From: an uncultured Planctomycetales bacterium
Lineage (GTDB): Bacteria > Omnitrophota > Gorgyraeia > Zapsychrales > Aceulaceae
Assembly (NCBI GenBank): GCA_964648665.1
Contig: CAZYOA010000007.1
Span: 4,943-68,942 of the forward strand
Reading direction: 5' to 3'
Length of the DNA stretch: 64,000 nucleotides
Position numbers and translations under genes: made by a program. Under the pieces are notes generated by a model. That model worked only from the letters and a program-made list of their open reading frames with translations, was not told where the DNA came from and ran no database searches. Of the stretch, positions 55,511 to 63,900 are shown piece by piece. How positions within the stretch are numbered: position 1 is the stretch's first letter; each line of letters starts with the position of its first letter.

Positions 55511-55846
55511 ATGGTGAAGATTATTGTTTTGATAACAGCTGAGGATGAAAGTCAGGCTAAGAAAATTTCTATTAAGCTTTTGGAAAATAAACTGGTTGCG
55601 TGTTGTAATATTATAAAAGATGTAAAATCATTTTTTTGGTGGAATAGCAAAATTGATTCAAGTAGCGAGGTGATGTTAGTTGCCAAAACAACAAAAAAAC
55701 TTTTTTCGAAAGTTGTTAAGCTAACTAAGAAATATCACAGTTATGATGTCCCAGAAATTATTGCTTTACCGATTGTTGACGGATCTCAGGATTTTTTAAA
55801 GTGGATTGATACATCTGTATCAGATCAAGGAGAATGTTATGAATAA
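55511..55846 (+). CDS. cutA: divalent-cation tolerance protein CutA
   Basis: ..KLVACCNII..SFFWWNSKI..SEVMLVAKT.. family signature. Confidence 0.8.
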   Translation: MVKIIVLITAEDESQAKKISIKLLENKLVACCNIIKDVKSFFWWNSKIDSSSEVMLVAKTTKKLFSKVVKLTKKYHSYDVPEIIALPIVDGSQDFLKWIDTSVSDQGECYE

Positions 55847-56336
55847 GTATTTTCGTATTATCGGATTTTGTGCCCTTGCTTTTTTTGCTATAACTTTAAC
55901 GAAAGCATCAAGTCAAAGTTTTATTTTTAAGAATCCGTTAGAAGGGAAAAAAGCTCCATCTTTTAGTCTTTCGACACTAGATGAGAGGTCTGTTGATTTT
56001 TCTAAATATCGAGAAAATAAGAAAACTGTTTTGTTTTTTTGGACTACGTGGTGTCCGCATTGCCGAACAGCTTTGAGAGATTTAAATTCACGACAAGATG
56101 AAATTAAACAAAGAAACATCGCTTTGGTTACTGTTAATGTGGGGGAAAATAGATCTAATGTTGAGTCGTATCGTCGAAAGAATAATATTACAATGGATAT
56201 CTTTTTAGATGAAGATTCTTCTGTCTCTGAGAAGTATGGCGTTTCAGGGATTCCAAGTTTTTATTATATTAATGAAGATGGTATTATTAAAGCGACAAAC
56301 CACAATCTTCCAGAAAACTTTGAAACTCTTTTTTAA
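55839..56336 (+). CDS. exported thiol:disulfide oxidoreductase (TlpA/ResA-like thioredoxin fold)
   Basis: Signal/anchor MNKYFRIIGFCALAFFAITL, active site WCPHC, GIPSFYYI cis-Pro loop. SD AAGGAGAA before ATG 55839. Confidence 0.75.
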   Translation: MNKYFRIIGFCALAFFAITLTKASSQSFIFKNPLEGKKAPSFSLSTLDERSVDFSKYRENKKTVLFFWTTWCPHCRTALRDLNSRQDEIKQRNIALVTVNVGENRSNVESYRRKNNITMDIFLDEDSSVSEKYGVSGIPSFYYINEDGIIKATNHNLPENFETLF

Positions 56337-56352
56337 ATCTGTATCTTAAGCT

Positions 56353-57831
56353 TTAATCTTCTTGCTGTTCTGCTGGTGTTGTCCAGTCTTCAAGCTGTGC
56401 TTCTTTACGTAACCGAATCAAGAAGTTGCTAAAAGCATTGTCTTTTTTATCTTTAAGAATTCGCTGTTTTAAGTCTTCTTTTTGTTTTTCAAATTCATTC
56501 TCATTAATTGAAACAAATGCATTTAGATATAAAATGCAATATGCATTATCTGTTTTAACAGGATCACTTAAACGGTTGCTTGCAGTTAAGGCGAAGGCGG
56601 CGTTATGAAATTCAGGAGATGATCCGATTAAAGGCAGATATTCCCCCCGCTTAAATGGTGCAGGTTTTTCAATCTTAAGTTCCAAATTCTTAGAAGCATC
56701 GTCTAGATTAAGATTTGATTGATTTTCAAAAGAAGTCTTAATCTGATTTAGCGATTCTGATGCGGCTTTCTTAGCGAGATCTTTTGATTTTGTGCGCTTA
56801 ACGGCACTTTCAATTTGTTTTTTTGCAAGCTCAAAACTTGGAACATAAGATTCTCTCTGGTCTTTTAAACTTAGAATATAAAATCCTTTAGATGTTTCAA
56901 TCGGACCTTTAATGTTGTTTGATTCCAGTGTAAGTGCGTGCTCGAAAAGTTCTAAAGGCCAACCAAGATTAAGGTTTGGTTGTTGAGAGCTAAAGAATCC
57001 ACTTTCTTGAATTGTTAGCCCATGTTTTTTAGCTAGTTCAGAAATTGTGATGTTTTCAAAAAGGTCTTCTTTGAGTTGAGTTGCTTGATCTTTAATTTTT
57101 GATTTCTGATCGTCTTCTGCCTTTTCGGGATATTCAAGAGCTAAATACTCGACGTTGATCATAAATGGAATCTTAAAATCGTCTTTATGTTCTTCATAGT
57201 AGCTAACAGCTTCTTCTTTGGTGATTTCAGTTGTACTTATGTAACTGACAAAAGAAAAAGGGATATAAGAAATATCAACTTTCTCATTTTGATTTTTATA
57301 GGCTTGAAGAACTTCTTCATCTGAGACTGTGATAGGATCAGTTTCTTGCTCGTACATTTTCTTAAATATCAAAGAATCACGAATTCCTTCTTCAAAGTCA
57401 CGGGGTTTGCATCCAAAGACATATTGAACAATTTGATTATATAAACTAGGATCAAATTTGTCATTGCGTTTAAAAATATTGAGTTCAGCAATATTTTTGA
57501 TAACATCAGCATTTTTAATTTTTATTTTTTGTTTTTTAGCTTCATGTAAAAGAACTAATCTATCCCAGGTTTCGGATTCAAGATCTAGAAAATCTTTAAT
57601 CTTAAAGAAGTTTTCTCCGTATCTTAATATTGCCTGATTTCGAACATGCAAGAAAGCATCTCCAAAGTCTTGTTTTGAGATCTTTTTACCAAAAATCTTA
57701 CCCACATAAGAGCCAGAATCTGGTTGAAGCAGGGAAGAGCCAATCCCAAAGAAAACAAATGAAATTGTAATCATAATTGCTAAGACCCAAGCTACTTTCT
57801 TTGCAGCACCTCTTCTAAAAGCTTTTAACAT
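56353..57831 (-). CDS. periplasmic chaperone / peptidyl-prolyl isomerase, PpiD/SurA-like
   Basis: N-terminal TM anchor (VAWVLAIMITISFVFFGI), SurA-N-like region, degenerate parvulin segment (..IKGPIETSKGFYILSL..). Confidence 0.7.
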   Translation of the reverse strand: MLKAFRRGAAKKVAWVLAIMITISFVFFGIGSSLLQPDSGSYVGKIFGKKISKQDFGDAFLHVRNQAILRYGENFFKIKDFLDLESETWDRLVLLHEAKKQKIKIKNADVIKNIAELNIFKRNDKFDPSLYNQIVQYVFGCKPRDFEEGIRDSLIFKKMYEQETDPITVSDEEVLQAYKNQNEKVDISYIPFSFVSYISTTEITKEEAVSYYEEHKDDFKIPFMINVEYLALEYPEKAEDDQKSKIKDQATQLKEDLFENITISELAKKHGLTIQESGFFSSQQPNLNLGWPLELFEHALTLESNNIKGPIETSKGFYILSLKDQRESYVPSFELAKKQIESAVKRTKSKDLAKKAASESLNQIKTSFENQSNLNLDDASKNLELKIEKPAPFKRGEYLPLIGSSPEFHNAAFALTASNRLSDPVKTDNAYCILYLNAFVSINENEFEKQKEDLKQRILKDKKDNAFSNFLIRLRKEAQLEDWTTPAEQQED

Positions 57832-57954
57832 GGTAACTCCTAAATTGATGATTTCTTTAAATTTTTCTGATTATAGACCTCTCTACACCATTTTGCAAGG
57901 AGTTTTCGGGTTTATGCACGTAAGCGCTGGTTTTGTGGCAAAAATGCCCCCATA

Positions 57955-57963
57955 TGCTATACT
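57955..57963 (+). promoter_or_regulatory. extended -10 promoter element upstream of the giant ORF
   Basis: TGcTATACT (TG 57955-57956, TATACT 57958-57963), 33 nt upstream of ATG 57996. No convincing -35 or SD was seen. Confidence 0.35.
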
Positions 57964-57995
57964 TTAGAAAATTCTTACTTATATAAAGATTACTT

Positions 57996-60900
57996 ATGAA
58001 TATATATATATTTAAAAATAAAATTTTATTAAAAGCCATTTCTTTGTTTGTTATTTTGGCATTCGGGGAAAGCGTGCTTTTTCCTTCATATATTCCTAAA
58101 GCATTGGCTCAGAATGCTTTAGGAATGCCTTCTGCAGGGACACTTGTTAATTTAAGTGAGCCTTTTACGCCTTTGATTGTGCGAGGACTACAGGTTTTTC
58201 CAAAAGATCCTCTGAGGCTTAATTTCATCATTGATCAAGCTGAATCTAAGCTCGAAAATCAAGAACTTAAGAAAGAAACAGAGAAATTAATTAGTTATTT
58301 CTTATCTGCTTTGACTTTAAAAGAAGACAATCTTTGGGTTAATCTTTCGCCTCATGAAAAGCATCGGATTATTCCTGATGATCTTGCAAGGACAGAGATG
58401 GGAAGAGATATGTTGGCTCAGGACTATCTTTTAAAGCAAGTGACGGCATCTTTGATTCATCCTGAAGGTAAAACAGGAAAGGAGTTCTGGGGGCGCGTAT
58501 ACAAAAAGGCTTATGAGCAATATGGCACAACCCAGATTCCTATAGATACGTTTAATAAGGTTTGGATTGCTCCTAACAAGGTTAAAGTTTACGTAAAAGC
58601 AGACAGAGCCTTCGTTGTGGAATCTTCGCTAAAAGTGATGCTAGAGCAAGATTACCTCGCGCTTAAAAGAAGCGCAGATTTTCAAAAAACGAGGGATGCA
58701 TTTTTAAAATCCGATAATGCTCTTGCCTCTGAAATTGTTCGAGAGATTTTGATTCCTGAACTTGAGAAAGAAGTTAATGAGGGCAAAAACTTCGCTCAAT
58801 TACGGCAAATTTATAATTCGATGATTTTAGCAACATGGTTTAAGGATAGATTAAAACAATCCATTTTAAGTCAGATTTACGCAGATCAAGGCAAGATTAA
58901 AGGTATCGATCCTGTGGATAGTAAGGTTTCTCAAAAGATTTATAATCAGTATTTAGAAGCTTTTGAAAAAGGTGTTTGCGATTTTGTAAAGATTGAGAAA
59001 GATCTTGGGACAGATAAGAATATTCCAAGAAAATATTTCTCTGGCGGAATTGAATGTGTTACGCCAGGCGATATTGAATATAAATCTAATCTTTCAGGGC
59101 GTGCACCAAGATGGGTGGCCAGTTCAGATTTACAAAAAGTTGATCTAAGCCTTAAGCCGATTTTTGATGATAATATTGTTTCTAAGAATATCTCTTCGTC
59201 GAATATTCTTACGTCTACTTTTTTAGGTTTTAAAGCTTCAGAATATTCGCCTGAGGAGCGTAAGCGTATTTCTAAAGAGATTCGTTTAAAAGTTCAAGAA
59301 ATGTTTGGAGATGATTTCTATGGTTGGATTGAGAGAAACAAAAAAGAAAAAGGTTCTCAAGAGAAAATTGAAGAAGTTGCAATTTCTTTGGCAGGAAATC
59401 CAGACTTTATTAAATCTTCTAGAAAAGCGGAAAGCGTTAATAGTGAGATCATTCGCTATGCTGTTAGAAATAAAATTTTTCTAGGAACATCAGTTAGGTT
59501 TCGTGATTTCCTCGCAGAGATAAAAAAACATTTGTCGGAAGATCTTAAGAGTAAAGTTTTAAGCGTTAGTGTGAATTTTGAAGATTATGCTTATTTTATG
59601 TCAGCACTTAATCATCCAGAGATTATCAAGATTGTAGATTCTGAAGATTTTCGTAATTTAGATGAGCATTATCGCCTGACAGCATTATTAATTAGGATGA
59701 AAGAATTTGGTGCGTCTTTTAGCGATGAAACACGTCTTAACAATTATTTCAGAATTCTTCCCGATAAAGTTACAGGCAAGATTTCTAAGGATTATTTTAT
59801 TAGTCATGCGATAACTGTTAAAGATGTTGTGATGATTAAAAAAGATGTGGAAGATAATTCTCAAATGCAGGATTTCTTAAGAGAATTAAGATATCAAGGA
59901 GTTGTTGAGGACAAGCAGCTTGATATGGTTTTACAGAAAGCGCGAGATCTTAAACTAGAAATTGGAAATCAAGAAATAAATATTCATCGTAAAAGATTTA
60001 TAAATGAGATTTTAAGAAAGTTTCCTAGTGAAGATTTTCAGCTTAAGAAGAATATGATAGATATGTTTGGAGAAAATGTTCATCAGTGGACTAGGCGGCA
60101 TAAGACAACTAAAAAAAGAGGGGATGCCACAAGAGATGTTATAAAAAGTCTCATTGAAGATAAAGAATTTCAAAATATTCTTTTAGATAGAGAAAAAGAC
60201 GTTTTATTTGAAATGATCTCATATTTTATTGCGAATGATATTGATCTTTATGCATCTGGGATAAGAGATTTTATGGAGAAGTTGTATGAGGAATTGCCGG
60301 AAAGTCTGATAAAATATCTTCCTGGCAAAGAAGCGAAATATGTAAAATTTTCAGATTTCGTTTATATTCGAGCATCATTGGAGCATCCTGACATAAAAAA
60401 CTTCTTTAAGTCTAAAGAATATCAAGAAGAAATGAAGCCTTTCAGGTTGTTGGCTTTTATTAAGAAAATAAGACAACTAGCACCATTGCAATCCTATAGC
60501 TTGCCCGCTATTTACAACGCGTTACCAAATATTTTAGATTCAAAAATTTTTAAAGAAAGAGATATCTTCTCAAATGATTTTTCATTTGATTTTGTTAATC
60601 TTGTTTATAGTATTTTAAAAATAAAAAAGATTTCTGAAGAATTTAAAACTCTTCGATTTAGATTATTAAATCGTTCACAAAAAGCGCATGCGTTAAAGAA
60701 TAAGCTGTTAAAAGAAAGTTTTTTGTTAAGAAAAATGGAGTTTTCAGGTAAGCATGATACATTCTTTACACAAGCTGTTGAGTATCTGAATGTTGATCAT
60801 TCTGAAATATCAGATTTGATTGTTAAGAATTTTGGACTAAAATCAAATGTTTGGCTGCAAAATCATAAGAACGAAAGCGCAAAAGAGGATTCTAAAGAAA

Positions 60901-63900
60901 TTGATAAAGCTATTGATTCGATTCTAAGGGATGCGGAATTTAAAAAGTCGCTGAATGATCCAGAAGAAGAGATTAGCACCTGGTTCTTAAAGACGGCAAT
61001 TAAAAATGATATTTCTTTAGGAACGTCTAATTTGCAAACAGCTTTAAGATCTTTAAAAAAGAAAGTTTCGAAAGATGTCGCCCAGAGAATTCGCTTGCCT
61101 CTTATTTCGTGTTCAGATTATATGCATTTAATTGCAGGACTTCAGCATCGTTCTGTTTTAAAATATTTAAGATCAAAGAAATTTTTAGAAGCGCCGGAAA
61201 CACATAGACTTACTTTTCTTTTTTCAAAAGTTGTTGAAGTTTCTTCTGTTAACACTGTAGATTTGCATCATATTTTTCAAGCCCTTCCTTCTAAAATTTC
61301 ACCATATTTAACCCGAGATAAGATTTTTTCAAATCCAATAACTTTAAAGGCGGCTCAAAATGTTATTGAGACTTTTGAAGATCAGGCAATACAAAATTTT
61401 ATTAAATCTAAAAAGTTTTTGTTGATGGATAGTGATGAAAAAATTCAAGAAATTATTAGCATGGCAATAAGAAATTCCCTCCCTTTATCAGATGTAGATA
61501 TCACGCCTGCAATAAAGAATTTTATATATCGAATAATTAATAGGGGGAATTTAGAAAAGATTTCAATTAGCGATCTCATTGATTCTGCTTTTGAATCCGC
61601 AGGAATCTTTGAGTGGATGAAAAAGCAAAAAATTGTAAATATGAGTAAATCTAAACTTTTAAAGAAATGCGAGAATGCTTGGAAGGACGAAAGTTTTATA
61701 GACATGTTTAGTGAAGATTCTCAGCATTCTCATGCTCTAGAGATTATTCAGTATTTCTTTAAAAAGTCTATTAATCTTGGAACACCATCCTTGAGTATCT
61801 TTTTAGATCTTTTAAGGAAATCGGCTCCGGAAGAATTGAGAGAGAAGATAAAAGATTTTCATATTACGTTGCTCGATTACGCTACTGTGATAGCTTTTGT
61901 TGATGATATTGGGACCCAAAAAGAAATAGATTCTAAAGAATTCCAAAGCATTCCGCCATACTTAAAGATTATTCGGTTAGTTGATATGGCACGAAATAAT
62001 GGGTATGCGATAAAGACAGATCGGTTGTCTTCTATTTATCAAGCGTTACCTGAAAGATTGAGCGCGAAAACTTTTAAGAATCAGCTTTTAATGATATATC
62101 TGTCCTTAGATGAAGCTTATGAAATTATGAAAGATTTAAGATCAAAAGAAATGCGTAAGTATTTCTCATCAAAGCGAATTTCTACACGTAAAAATATTAA
62201 TAGAGATGTTGATCTTTTAATTAAGAAAGCAAGAAGACAAGAATATATGTGGGCCAAAGAAAAGGTAGGCTACGGTCAAAGAGCATTTCTTAAGAAGATT
62301 CTTCTTTATTTAGGAAAGCATGGATATGGAGCTGCGGTTGGATTTTCTAAGAAAGAAATTTTATCTCAGGATATTGATGACAGCATAAGCCTTAACGGAA
62401 AGGCTCGTGTTTCTTTGGGAAGCGCGGAATCTGGTTTTAATGCGATGTCTTTTGATAATATTGCGAGAGTTGTTAACACGGTTGTAGATGAAACAGAAAA
62501 ATGGATTATAAAGAATAAAGCTAAGAATAATAAAAAGGAAGTTCATGAAGATAGCCAGCTAAAAGTTCTCTTGGCTTACGATCAAGACGATTTTACTCAG
62601 AAAACCGCATCATATATTTTCTCTGTTTTAAACGCAGAAGGAATCAATACTAACATTGTTTTAGATAACGATGATGAAGATCGTTTTTTAATTGAACAAA
62701 CCAAAGAGGAGTTTTTATCGAAATATAATTTTGGAATTTCTGTTCGCATGAGCAGGCTTTCACCTTATGCATGGATGAGATTTTTCTTTAACGGAGAGCC
62801 CTTGCCAGAAGATTTAAAGCAAGAGATTGATCAGCGTCTTCAGAGACAAGGAAGCAAGCAAAAGTATTTTCATGATATTAGCCTTTTAAATGCCTGGAAG
62901 CATTATGCTATCGAAAAAAATGACTTAGAAATTGCTGCCTCACCAGTTTTAAATAATAAAAATCAGAATACAGCTAAAGCATCTTCTATTATTAAATCTA
63001 GACCTTGGTTGTCTAATTCTAGATTTAAAAATCCTAAAAGAGTTGATGAGCTTAAAGAGATAAGAAGAGAGAGGTTTCGATGGGAGGCAACAAGAAAAAG
63101 AGCGGAAGAGCGAAGAAGTGCGCTTAAAAAGAGGTTAGGACAAAAAGCGTATGAAGAAATTATTGATCAAGAATATAAAAAAATTTTTCATGAAGTTGGA
63201 AACTATCGTGCTGTTTTATGTAATCTGTTAAAAGAGCTGTTGCCTGATTTGAAAGATTGGGAGCATTTTGATGATATTAATAATTTTGTAGATCAGAGCC
63301 TTGATGAATTTGAATTTGCTCGAACGTGTAGTGAGCAAAAAGATGCAACTCGAAAAGCGTACCTAAAGAAACTCAGCACAGATTTAATCTTGATTCAAAC
63401 AAAAATGATTAGCTTAGACAGAGAAAAGAGAAATTTAGAAAATTATCCTATTCTTTTATCAGGATTTAGACAATTTAGAGAGCTCTTGAGTGTGGCAGAA
63501 GAAGATGATTTTAGTTTTTCTGATGTTCATTTGCAGATGGCAAATCTTAATTCTGTTATTGAAAATTCATATCATCAAAAACAACGAGAGACTATTGATA
63601 TTAGCATAAACTTTTCTTTTGAAATTGAAGATATCCCTCTTGATGCGTTCAGGTTTAGTCATGTGATTATAAATCTTATTAAAAATGCGAAAGAGTCTAT
63701 AGGCCAAACAGATGGCTTAATCTCTATTAAAACGGAAAAAGATGGTGATTTTGCAAAAATTACTGTTTCAGATACAGGTCCAGGGATTGACTCAGAGATG
63801 TTTCCAAAATTGTTTAAATTCGAAGCTACGTATGGAAAGGTAGATGGCCATGGCATAGGGCTTAATTTATGTAAAAAGATTGTCGAGGCGCATGGAGGAA

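Noticed and set aside
39340-58039. Other short antisense or alternative-frame track ORFs: 39340..39609 (-), 41917..42219 (-), 42279..42491 (-), 51844..52062 (-), 57857..58039 (-). The many 60-100 aa internal ORFs such as 915..1109, 10310..10519, 20210..20449 and 54304..54585 fall in the same class.
   Set aside because: Each lies inside, or antisense to, a better-supported gene or regulatory region. This is typical of spurious ORFs in low-GC DNA. 41917..42219 even runs through a terminator hairpin.
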